Shown: positions 1 to 9,129, counted from the first letter of the stretch. The stretch: 63,704 nucleotides of DNA from Promethearchaeota archaeon (GCA_011364975.1 RDOE01000007.1:1-63704); one strand, 5' to 3'. Notes: generated by a model not told the origin, from the letters alone. Made by a program: numbers and translations.

Positions 1-223
1 AATATGGAATCTCTAAATCATCTAATAGCCTTGCAAATGGTGTTTCATCAAATTCCTTCATGTTTACTAAGAAATCTACGGTAATAAAGTCAACTTTTTT
101 CCCTTTTAAAAATTCTACTAATTTAGACGTATCTGTGTTTTGAAAGTATTTTGCATCTTCTTTTGAGGACATATACGCAATAATTTTTTTAGTTTTCACA
201 GGCTTTATTTCCAACACTTCCAT
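1..223 (-). CDS. Hypothetical protein, N-terminal part (runs off the left edge)
   Basis: Manual translation from ATG at 223: MEVLEIKPVKTKKLLRICPQKKMQNTFKTQIRLNLVEFLKGKKVDFITVDF..., open to the window edge. SD-like GAGGTG just upstream; divergent from the hydrogenase locus. Confidence 0.6.
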   Translation of the reverse strand, partial: MEVLEIKPVKTKKIIAYMSSKEDAKYFQNTDTSKLVEFLKGKKVDFITVDFLVNMKEFDETPFARLLDDLEIPY

Positions 224-540
224 TATGTCATACACCTCTTTATTATTTTATTTTTAGAGAGTAATTTCTAAGTAAATATTCAAATAGTTATAATATAAAG
301 AATTTGACAAGAAGAATTCTAAATGTTTTGATAAATTAAATTATCAAAAATTAATGTTACACAATTTTTTTAGTTAGGCGAAATTCGTCATCATATGTTA
401 TATTTCAAAGAAGTCATGATCAATTTGATATGTTTATATGCTTGAAAAACATTTCATCACTTGAAGAAAATAAAATTTGTCATAAAAAAAATTTAGTAAA
501 TTTAGTTGATTAAAATAAGTAGGAGTTGAAATGAATAAAG

Positions 541-3087
541 TTGGACATTTATTCTATTTTATCTCATTCTATGAGAAGAAAGATATTATATCTTCTTGAA
601 AAAGAAGGTTTTATTTCTTACACAGACTTAATGGATAAATTAAACCTTGAACAAACTGGCCAATTAAATTTCCATTTAAAAAAACTCAATAATTTAATTG
701 GAAAAGATAAAAAATCTTATTTCTTAACTGATGATGGAAAGCAAATTTTAAGGATTTTAAGTATAAATAAACGAATTTTATCAGGTGAAGATCTTGAATA
801 TTTAAAATCTAAAGGTAGTGAAGTAAATAGGATTGGAGTTATTATCTGTAATTGCAATACCGAAATATCTAATGTTTTGAATATAAATTCGTTGGAAAGT
901 TATGTAAGTAAGCTTAATAATGTTGTCTCTGTGAAAATACTTAATAATTTATGCCAAGAAAGAAATCAAACTAAGATAAAAAACTGGATAACGGAAAATT
1001 TTATAAACAAAATTGTAATCGCAGCATGTTCTCCGAGGACCCACCAACATATTTTTGAACGTCTATTTCAAGGCATTATTGATAAAACTAATCTAGATAT
1101 CGCAAATATAAGAGAACAGTGTTGTTGGGTACACTATTCAATGAAAGATCAATTAGACAACCTTATAATCCTTAAAAAAGCTCAATTAATTATTGAAGCC
1201 ACTGTAATAAGATGCAGTTTACAAAAGGAGGTTAAAATAAAACGCGTAGAGGTTGAAAAAAGTTGTGTAATTTTAGGAGGAGGCATTGCTGGAATGAGTG
1301 TCGCTTTAAATCTATCTCGGGCAGGCTTTAAAGTATATCTTATTGAAAAATCTCCTACTTTGGGAGGCAAAATAGCACGATGGCATAAAATTTCTGAAAT
1401 GGGAGATTGTTCAATTTGTTTTACCTCTGAAGTAATTGGAGAACTCGTAAGAGAAGAAAATATTGAAATATTGACTAATACGCAGATATGCGACATTTCA
1501 GGAGAGATAGGTAATTTTTCTATTGAATTAATTAAAAATCCTCGCTATGTGGATGAACAAAAATGTACTGGCTGCACTCAATGTGTCGAAGTTTGCGCTA
1601 AAGAAGCAACAAATGAATTTGATTTTGGATTATCCACTAGAAAAACTATTTATTATCCATTTCAAAATTGTTATCCATATGTACCTGTTATTAACGAGGA
1701 GGATATTAATTATTGTTTAGAATGCAGAGTTTGTGAACGTGTGTGTGTTAATGGTGCCATAAATTTAGAAAAAACAGAATCTAAAATAAAATTAAAAGCT
1801 GGAGCAATTGTATTAGCTATAGGATCAGATATTTATAATAATTTAGATGATTACAATTACAATCCAAAAAATAATATTATTAACTCCGCTGAATTTGAGC
1901 GCATTATTTCCTCAGATGGGATAACTGAAGGAAAAATAGTTAAGCTTTCAAATGGAAAACCTGTTCAGACAATATCAATTATTCAAGAGGTTGGACCATC
2001 AAACTATTTATGTGATTATATGGATGAGGTAGCCCTTAAATATATCAAAATTATCGAAATGAAAAATCCTGGTTGTGAAGTCAATGTTTTTTATGACCTA
2101 AATAAATTAAAAGAAAAAGACGAAATAATACTTAGATATACTCATCCTCGATTTCTATATGCGAATGAAATAAATGTATCTACAAATGGTAAATCTAATT
2201 ACGTTATAGCAGATTCGATAGAATTTCAGAGTGATTTAATAATTTTAAATGCGAAATTTATTCCTAATCGCGATCTAAAAAACCTAAGAAAAATCATTGA
2301 TTTCAATTTAAATGAAAATGGATTTATAATAGAAGGAACTCTCGCTTCAGGTATTTTTGGAGTTGGTACTGTTTACGGGCCATTAGATTATAAATCAACA
2401 ATATCTACAGTTAATAATATTACCTTAAAAATAATATCTCTATTATCCAACGATTTTTTATTAGCAGAATATACTGGAATTGAAATAGATGAGGAGAAAT
2501 GTGGTTTATGTAATCTATGTATCTTATCTTGTCCTTATAATGCAATTATTATAGATTCTGAAAAAATAGCTATCGATAAATTCAAATGTAAAGGATGTGG
2601 CATGTGTGTTAGTGCATGCCCCACCAACGCTATTGAGATGAATCTTAATTCTTCTGAAAAGATCATTAAAACAATTGAAGCATTTTCGAAATTTAATAAA
2701 AGCCCCAAAATAATTGCATTTTGTTGTCAATCATGTGGTTATGCTGCTGCTGATGATGCAGGATTGAAAAGGATACTATATAGTCCCAACATTTTTATAA
2801 TTTCTGTTCCATGCGCAGGAAGGGTCGATAGTGAATTTATACTTAAATCTTTCGAGATGGGTTTTGATGGAGTAATGGTGATTGGTTGTAGAAAGGATTC
2901 CTGCAGATATTATGATGGTATAGAAAAGGTTAATAAGAAAATTCTAATATTAAAAGGAATTATCGGTCCTAAACTAAATAAAAGGATAACTTTGAAGAGG
3001 ATTAACTCTGTAGAAGGTCACAAATTTGCAAGAATTTCAAATAATATATATCAATTTATTTTAGAGGAGATGAAAAATGAAACTTAA
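541..3087 (+). CDS. hdrA: ArsR-like winged HTH fused to heterodisulfide reductase A-like flavoprotein and MvhD domain
   Basis: aa1-75 wHTH (LSHSMRRKIL...LNFHLKKL...YFLTDDG). HdrA motifs IGVIICNC, AACSPRTH, NIREQCCWVH, FAD motif GGGIAG, DCSIC, two 2x[4Fe-4S] ferredoxin modules. C-terminal MvhD (FCCQSCGYAAAD, VPCAGRVD, GCRKDSCRY). TTG start. Confidence 0.9.
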   Translation: MDIYSILSHSMRRKILYLLEKEGFISYTDLMDKLNLEQTGQLNFHLKKLNNLIGKDKKSYFLTDDGKQILRILSINKRILSGEDLEYLKSKGSEVNRIGVIICNCNTEISNVLNINSLESYVSKLNNVVSVKILNNLCQERNQTKIKNWITENFINKIVIAACSPRTHQHIFERLFQGIIDKTNLDIANIREQCCWVHYSMKDQLDNLIILKKAQLIIEATVIRCSLQKEVKIKRVEVEKSCVILGGGIAGMSVALNLSRAGFKVYLIEKSPTLGGKIARWHKISEMGDCSICFTSEVIGELVREENIEILTNTQICDISGEIGNFSIELIKNPRYVDEQKCTGCTQCVEVCAKEATNEFDFGLSTRKTIYYPFQNCYPYVPVINEEDINYCLECRVCERVCVNGAINLEKTESKIKLKAGAIVLAIGSDIYNNLDDYNYNPKNNIINSAEFERIISSDGITEGKIVKLSNGKPVQTISIIQEVGPSNYLCDYMDEVALKYIKIIEMKNPGCEVNVFYDLNKLKEKDEIILRYTHPRFLYANEINVSTNGKSNYVIADSIEFQSDLIILNAKFIPNRDLKNLRKIIDFNLNENGFIIEGTLASGIFGVGTVYGPLDYKSTISTVNNITLKIISLLSNDFLLAEYTGIEIDEEKCGLCNLCILSCPYNAIIIDSEKIAIDKFKCKGCGMCVSACPTNAIEMNLNSSEKIIKTIEAFSKFNKSPKIIAFCCQSCGYAAADDAGLKRILYSPNIFIISVPCAGRVDSEFILKSFEMGFDGVMVIGCRKDSCRYYDGIEKVNKKILILKGIIGPKLNKRITLKRINSVEGHKFARISNNIYQFILEEMKNET

Positions 3088-3835
3088 ATTGATTATAACT
3101 TCATTATCATCCTGTAGTGGTTGTATTTCCACATTACTTACTCTAGATATATTTCCTCAATTTTTTGAACGGACTGAAATTGAATATTTTCCTTTTATTT
3201 CTGATAATATAGAAATCTATGATTGTGATATTGCGTTAATAGAAGGGTCTGTTACAGAGCAAACACAAATCAAATATTTAAAAGAAATAAGAAAAAATAC
3301 TAAAAAGCTATACGCTCTAGGCACCTGTTCAGCATTTGGAGGTATTGTGAGTTTATCTACTAAAAAATTTTCGCAACCAATCTCAGACTTCGTTGAAATC
3401 GATGGAATGATACCTGGGTGTCCTCCTCCATCAATTTTGCTTGGAAATAATATGATCCGATTAATCGAAAATAAAAATATCATTTTAGATGAAAAAAACA
3501 TGTGTTCTACATGTCCACTTCGCTATTCTTTAAAAATACCTACACTCTCACAAGTTGAGAGGCTTATGCCTAAAAACAGTGATATAGATTTTCCAGAAGG
3601 CAATTTAATATGCTTTCTTAAGAAAGGAGTCCTATGTATGGGGCCAATTACTCGAAATGGATGTGAGAGTATTTGTATTAATCAAGGAATTCCTTGTGAA
3701 GGGTGCATGGGTCCAATTTCGAAAGAATTTACTTCTAATTTAGTAAACTTTCTTAGTCTTTTTAATATCAATGAAGAACTTAGAACATATGAAGGAATTT
3801 TTTATAGGTTTTCAAAACCCAAACTGAAGAGGTGA
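3077..3835 (+). CDS. mvhG: Group 3 [NiFe]-hydrogenase small subunit (MvhG-like)
   Basis: SCSGC, IEGSV, LGTCSAFGG, IPGCPP, CMGPITRNGC...C...PCEGCMGP. Overlaps the hdrA stop. Confidence 0.85.
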   Translation: MKLKLIITSLSSCSGCISTLLTLDIFPQFFERTEIEYFPFISDNIEIYDCDIALIEGSVTEQTQIKYLKEIRKNTKKLYALGTCSAFGGIVSLSTKKFSQPISDFVEIDGMIPGCPPPSILLGNNMIRLIENKNIILDEKNMCSTCPLRYSLKIPTLSQVERLMPKNSDIDFPEGNLICFLKKGVLCMGPITRNGCESICINQGIPCEGCMGPISKEFTSNLVNFLSLFNINEELRTYEGIFYRFSKPKLKR

Positions 3836-5142
3836 AAATAATGGATAAAGTTATAGATATTTGTACTAGGGTTGAGGGTCATGGTAATTTGAATTTTGTT
3901 TTCAAAAGTGAAGAATTATCTCATACGGAATTTACATTTTCTTTATATCGAGGATTTGAGAATATTTTAATTGGTAAAAAACTCTGTGACGTGCCAAAAA
4001 TAGTATCCCGAATATGTGGTTTGTGTTATTCTTCTCAAACAATTGCTAGCTGTAAGGCAATAGAAGATATTTATGGAATTGAGCCATCAATTCAATCTAT
4101 ATTGTTAAGAAAACTATTAATGACCTCAGAGTTGATAAAATCGCATCTATTACATTTTTTCTTTCAAACTCTTCCCGATCTTCTCAAAATTCTTGATATT
4201 AATGGACATATTAATAATGCCTACGATATATTTAATTATAATGACCAATTTACATCTAATGTATATAATTTATTGAAAATTAGCTCAGACATTAACCGAT
4301 TAATAGGAGGTAGAGTGATTCATCCAATCACGGTTATTCCTGGAGGAGTAATTAACAACCCAGAAAAAAAAAATCTCCTTTTAATACAAAAATATCTAAA
4401 ACGAGCCAAAGATTATGCTCAAGATTTAATCGAATATTTTATCACCCTTTTTTCTAAATATAATCCTCCGAATGAATATGATCTATCAAAATTATCATTT
4501 TTAGGGCTTTCAAATGAGAATATACATTCCAGATATGAGGGAGACATTATTATAAAACAACTTGAATCGAAACCACAATTATTTGCACCACACAATTATC
4601 AAGACTTTTTTAATAAAGATCAAGAACTATATGGCATCAACTTTCATACAATAAGAGGTAGCAAGGTCTTAACTGGGCCCTATTCTAGATTTAATATTAA
4701 AAGGGATTATTCCAATGACATAATATCCGATTACGTAAACCAATTTGAAAAACCCTGGAAAAAAAGTCTTTTATTCATGAATTTACTACAATTAATTGAA
4801 ATCTTTCTCGAAATCATTCAAAATTTAGAGACTATAAATGATGACTTAATTTCAAGTAAGTGGAATATTACCTCTCTTAAAGTTATTAAAAATAGAGATG
4901 GAATTGGAGTAGTAGAAGCCCCTAGGGGGTTATTAATGCATCATTATCATATTGATAACAATCAAAGAATTGACGGCGTGAAATTATTTATTGCAACTGA
5001 GATAAATTTACCGATTATTAACGAGATGATCGCTAAATATGCGCAAGAATTATTTTTAAAGCATGATATTAACACTGTTAAAGACAAAGTTCAAATAATG
5101 TTAAGAGCTTTTGATCCATGCATTTCCTGTCTTTCACATTAG
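3832..5142 (+). CDS. mvhA: Group 3 [NiFe]-hydrogenase large subunit (MvhA-like); probable ATG start at 3841
   Basis: TRVEGH, RGFE, L1 motif RICGLC, GGRVIHP, EAPRG, L2 motif RAFDPCISCLSH followed directly by the stop. Confidence 0.88.
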   Translation: MKIMDKVIDICTRVEGHGNLNFVFKSEELSHTEFTFSLYRGFENILIGKKLCDVPKIVSRICGLCYSSQTIASCKAIEDIYGIEPSIQSILLRKLLMTSELIKSHLLHFFFQTLPDLLKILDINGHINNAYDIFNYNDQFTSNVYNLLKISSDINRLIGGRVIHPITVIPGGVINNPEKKNLLLIQKYLKRAKDYAQDLIEYFITLFSKYNPPNEYDLSKLSFLGLSNENIHSRYEGDIIIKQLESKPQLFAPHNYQDFFNKDQELYGINFHTIRGSKVLTGPYSRFNIKRDYSNDIISDYVNQFEKPWKKSLLFMNLLQLIEIFLEIIQNLETINDDLISSKWNITSLKVIKNRDGIGVVEAPRGLLMHHYHIDNNQRIDGVKLFIATEINLPIINEMIAKYAQELFLKHDINTVKDKVQIMLRAFDPCISCLSH

Positions 5143-5175
5143 TAAAAATGTAATATTTAATTTAACTTTACACCT

Positions 5176-6204
5176 ATGGAGAAGTATCAGATAATGAACG
5201 AAGAAAAAAGCTGCAATTTTGCTAACTTATGTGAAATCTATCTCCTTTATTTTGATGAGGTTATTGGACATGTATTTCTATTGACTTGCCCAGAAGATAT
5301 AATATCTATTGATCCTACAAAAAAAAGTATTATCATGCATCATCCTATCTGGTTTTTAGAACTTGAAGATGATAAAACAATAAATCGAATAGATTTAGAG
5401 TATAATGAAGTTATGTATTTTGCGAGAAAATTTATAATAACTTCAGGAAGAACTAAAAAAAGAGCCGGTTCAACGGAAGAACAAAATGAAACAATAATAT
5501 TAATAATAACTCTTTCAGCTAATCTTGATATATTTGGAGGAGAGTTATTAAATCTATTAACTAGTAATCTTATGCATGAATTTAAGGACACACTTTATGA
5601 AGTAATAGAATCAGAAATAGCAAAATTAGAAATAATTAAAACTACAAAGATTATGCAAAAGATCGAAAAAGGAGATCAAATAAAGAAAAGAATAAAAATC
5701 ATAATTAATTCCGTTTGCGAAAATTATTTTTCTTCCATAATCAAACAGACTGATGCAATCTCTATTAAGCTCCAAAAAGCAATTTCTTACTTAATATTCA
5801 AGGGGATAGATATAGATCATATAGTTAGACAGTCTCATACTAAAGAATTCTCCAATATTAGATTATTCGATTATGATAAAATAAAAAAAAGTGATATTGA
5901 AACAAAAGAAAAATTTGAATTAATAAGCATTAACCCAATTAATGATTGTCAAGAATTTGAAATATTAATAAAAAATGTTTATTACAAGCCTTTAAATAAT
6001 TTAAGAGCTAAGGTTAGTTATATTCAAGATTTTTTCGAACAAGAAATTCTTAATGAAGGAATAGAAAAGTGCTTACCAGATGAGGAGTTACTCTTAGTTG
6101 TTCCGATTCCTAAAAAAATAAATGAATATATTTTTTCAATTATTAAAGATTCGACAAAAAAGAAATTATATTCTCGTAAACTAAATTTAGATTTAGATTT
6201 TTAA
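5176..6204 (+). CDS. Hypothetical protein with putative N-terminal longin/uDENN-like domain
   Basis: 342-aa ORF. IYLLYFDEVIGHVFLLTCP resembles the first beta-hairpin (F-D/H-x3-G-x5/6-P) of uDENN/NPRL2-type longin domains. Domain call is inference. Confidence 0.5.
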   Translation: MEKYQIMNEEKSCNFANLCEIYLLYFDEVIGHVFLLTCPEDIISIDPTKKSIIMHHPIWFLELEDDKTINRIDLEYNEVMYFARKFIITSGRTKKRAGSTEEQNETIILIITLSANLDIFGGELLNLLTSNLMHEFKDTLYEVIESEIAKLEIIKTTKIMQKIEKGDQIKKRIKIIINSVCENYFSSIIKQTDAISIKLQKAISYLIFKGIDIDHIVRQSHTKEFSNIRLFDYDKIKKSDIETKEKFELISINPINDCQEFEILIKNVYYKPLNNLRAKVSYIQDFFEQEILNEGIEKCLPDEELLLVVPIPKKINEYIFSIIKDSTKKKLYSRKLNLDLDF

Positions 6205-6216
6205 ATATAACATATG

Positions 6217-7173
6217 TTATATTTCATAAGTTGTTAGAAATTTTTTAAGATTCTCAAAATCTTTTCCCGTTAGTGTATTTAATACCATATTAAAAGAATC
6301 TTCCTGCTTATTTTTGGTTACAGCCATTAAGACTGAGCCATTACTTACTTCCTTTACCAAAATATAATTATTATCACTCTCATAGATAACGGTAGTTAGT
6401 TCTAATGGTGAAACTTGTTCATTTAAGAGTTCTTTGATTTTAGTAAAAATTTGATATATATTAGAATCAAGAGTGGACATTTCAAATTTTAAAAATTGAA
6501 GTGGTTTACTCTCAAATTTACCTAACGTAGAGGCTATTAGTAAACCATCTGGTTGGTTGAACAATAAATATTCAGAAAGAGTATTAAGTTTTAATTGGTC
6601 TAATAGATGTCTGACTTTTCCAAGACGTTGTAACGCTAAAGTATTTTGTTGTATCTGATAATCAAGAACCTCAATTAATCTATGCTGTGCACTTCCCTCT
6701 TTCACAGAAACAGGTGTAAATTCAAGCTTCAATTTTAAATCATCATTTATCCCTTCAATTAACTCCTCATATATTTTATCTTCTTTAGAGTTTTGAAGAT
6801 CAATTTTATTTAGGAGAACATATACTTTATTAATCTCTGGGCTAAATTCAAATATGTATTTAACAAAATTATCAAAAGTATCTTTAGTTTTTGAATCTTC
6901 AACAGAAGAATCAACCATAAATACTGCTGTAGAGACTTCTGAAAAAACTAACTCACGTTGTGATTCTGAAAAATATCTTTCCATATATGTTTCTTGTCCA
7001 CCTAGATCCCAAATTGAAAGTTCCATTATTCCTCGGAAAATAAAATTTTCTCTAGAAACTCCCTTTGTTGGTTTTAAATTAAGGACCTTCATGAAATTAT
7101 AGCCTAAACAAGTAGTTCTCATTAAACTTGTTTTACCAGCACCAGCAGGACCAAAAAGAAGTACTTTAATTAT
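6217..7173 (-). CDS. Rag/Gtr1-like small GTPase with C-terminal roadblock domain; start extended upstream to ATA/ATT
   Basis: Frame extends 17 codons upstream of the ATG at 7122 and gives IIKVLLFGPAGAGKTSLMR (G1). G2 PTKG, G3 WDLGGQETYMERYF (RagA-like), G4 NKID. C-terminal DGLLIAST...ILVKEV...VLMAVT roadblock pattern. Confidence 0.85.
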   Translation of the reverse strand: MIKVLLFGPAGAGKTSLMRTTCLGYNFMKVLNLKPTKGVSRENFIFRGIMELSIWDLGGQETYMERYFSESQRELVFSEVSTAVFMVDSSVEDSKTKDTFDNFVKYIFEFSPEINKVYVLLNKIDLQNSKEDKIYEELIEGINDDLKLKLEFTPVSVKEGSAQHRLIEVLDYQIQQNTLALQRLGKVRHLLDQLKLNTLSEYLLFNQPDGLLIASTLGKFESKPLQFLKFEMSTLDSNIYQIFTKIKELLNEQVSPLELTTVIYESDNNYILVKEVSNGSVLMAVTKNKQEDSFNMVLNTLTGKDFENLKKFLTTYEI

Positions 7174-7176
7174 GTA

Positions 7177-7181
7177 TCACC
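7177..7181 (-). promoter_or_regulatory. Shine-Dalgarno-like GGTGA upstream of the putative ATA/ATT start of the Rag-like GTPase
   Basis: Minus strand reads acGGTGAtacATAATTaaagta. The TGA is an in-frame stop that bounds the ORF. Confidence 0.5.
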
Positions 7182-7404
7182 GTTATAGTTTTAAATCAGA
7201 ATTAAAGTGATAATTGAATTTATTATATTATAATTTAATCTTTTTGTTTAAATTATAACTCATTCTTTATTTAATTTTTTCTAATTTTTAAAGTATTATT
7301 TAGGGTCGAAGAGAAATACTCACATAGACGATTTAATTAAATATAACTTTTAATTACCAATATTAAGGTAAATAAATACATAAAATCAATATTGGAGACT
7401 TATA

Positions 7405-7906
7405 ATGGATTTATTAAAATATATCAGAAATGTACCTGATTTTCCTGTAAAAGGTATACAATTTAAAGATGTTACTACTTTGGCTAAGAATTTCCCTGCT
7501 TTTAAAGAATCATGTGATTTAATAATTAAAAAGTATAAAAAGAAAGGGATTACTAAAGTTGCAGCAATTGAAGCCCGAGGTTATGTTTGGGGCGGTGTAA
7601 TTGCTTATCAGTTAGGTGCAGGTTTTGTCCTTATGAGAAAACCGGGAAAACTACCTGCTGATACATTGAGTGAGGAATATGAACTTGAGTATGGGACTGA
7701 TAAAATAGAAATGCATAAAGATGCTATATAAAAAGGAGAAAAAGTCTTACTTTTTGATGATTTATTAGCCACTGGAGGTACATCAAAAGCAGCGTGTAAC
7801 TTAATAGAAAAAGCAGGAGGGCTTATTTACTGGAAGTTTACATGGGAGGGATAAACTAGAAGGGTATGATGTTATGAGCCTTCTTGATATCCCAGTAGAA
7901 GAATAA
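7405..7906 (+). pseudogene. apt: Adenine phosphoribosyltransferase, disrupted (in-frame TAA at 7729-7731 plus deletion/frameshift near 7820)
   Basis: PDFPVKGIQFKD, EARG, RKPGKLP, YELEYGTD. After the TAA the same frame continues [17 protein letters not shown] (PRPP motif)...EKAGG; the +1 frame then gives [22 protein letters not shown]-stop. Confidence 0.85.
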
Positions 7907-8030
7907 TAAAAATAAAAACTCTGATATAAGAACCCACTTTTTTCCCTTAATTTTCTCTTTATTTTTTATGCTTAAAACTTAAATAATTCTCTGTACTTTA
8001 TACTCACAGTATCAAATTTCACACATTTAA

Positions 8031-8036
8031 AGGTGG
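8031..8036 (+). promoter_or_regulatory. Shine-Dalgarno-like AGGTGG upstream of the putative ATA/ATT start of gcvT
   Basis: AGGTGGgtatATAATTagagaaactaag. Confidence 0.5.
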
Positions 8037-8040
8037 GTAT

Positions 8041-9129
8041 ATAATTAGAGAAACTAAGAAAACTCCCTTTTACGAGATACATATAAAATTAGGGGCACGA
8101 ATGGTTGAATTTTCAGGATTTTTAATGCCTGTGCAATATGATAGCATTATAAAAGAACACAATTCTGTTCGTAATAACGCGGGAATATTTGATATTTCTC
8201 ATATGGGTGAGTTCATGCTTGAAGGGAAGGACGTTATACCTTTTCTTCAGTATATAATGATCAATGATCTAAAATTACTTGAACCATCTAAAGGACAATA
8301 TTCTATTATGTGTTATGAAAACGGAACTGTTGTTGATGATCTTGTATATTATGAAGAAAATCCCGAAAGATTTCGAATGATCGTCAATGCAGGAAATATT
8401 GAGAAAGATTTTAAATGGTTAAATGATCACATTTCGGGTAAAAATGTTAAAATTACAAATTTATCTGATAAGAGATGTAGAATTGCCTTTCAAGGACCAA
8501 ATTCTGATGACCTACTTCAAAAGCTAATAAATATTGATTTAACTAAACTTAATCGTTTTTACTTTTCTCACTGTGATTTAAATGGAGTTCCTATCTTTAT
8601 TGCAAGAACAGGCTATACCGGAGAGAGAGGGTTTGAAATATCATTTGAATATAAATATGCTGAAAAGGTTTGGAATGATTTGACTAGATTAGGTGCAACT
8701 CCTGCGGGTTTAGGCGCAAGAGATTCATTAAGATTAGAAGCGTGTTATTCTTTATATGGTCATGAGATTAGTGATAAAATAACTCCAATTGAAGCTGGTT
8801 TAAATTGGTTGGTAAAACCTAAAGAGGGAATTGACTACATCGGGAAATCAGTATTAATGAAGCAAAAAAAGGAAGGGCCTAGCAGAATTCTCGTTGGATT
8901 AAATCTCATTGATAAGGGAATAATGAGAGATAATAACAAAATATACAAGGATAGTGAAGAAATAGGCTTTATTACCTCTGGAGGTTTTTCTCCTACTCTA
9001 GATAAAACTATCGGATTAGGTTTAGTTAAAACCAGATTTAGTGAAATAGGTACGGATGTAGAAATCGAAATTCGCAATAAATTACTAAAAGGAAAAATAG
9101 TAGCAATACCATTTTATAGAAATGTTTAG
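8041..9129 (+). CDS. gcvT: Glycine cleavage system T protein (aminomethyltransferase); start extended upstream to ATA/ATT
   Basis: Upstream in-frame IIRETKKTPFYEIHIKLGAR matches the GcvT N-terminus. FDISHMG, RTGYTGE, GARDSLRLEA, LYGHE. Confidence 0.93.
   Translation: MIRETKKTPFYEIHIKLGARMVEFSGFLMPVQYDSIIKEHNSVRNNAGIFDISHMGEFMLEGKDVIPFLQYIMINDLKLLEPSKGQYSIMCYENGTVVDDLVYYEENPERFRMIVNAGNIEKDFKWLNDHISGKNVKITNLSDKRCRIAFQGPNSDDLLQKLINIDLTKLNRFYFSHCDLNGVPIFIARTGYTGERGFEISFEYKYAEKVWNDLTRLGATPAGLGARDSLRLEACYSLYGHEISDKITPIEAGLNWLVKPKEGIDYIGKSVLMKQKKEGPSRILVGLNLIDKGIMRDNNKIYKDSEEIGFITSGGFSPTLDKTIGLGLVKTRFSEIGTDVEIEIRNKLLKGKIVAIPFYRNV

Noticed and set aside
541-5142. Selenocysteine (in-frame TGA) in HdrA, MvhD or hydrogenase, as known for some Lokiarchaeia
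   Set aside because: All three frames are open without internal TGA and the relevant positions are Cys. No convincing SECIS-like hairpin seen.
7729-7731. Stop-codon readthrough or recoding of TAA in apt
   Set aside because: TAA is the normal terminator for most genes here, and a second downstream lesion would still break the protein.
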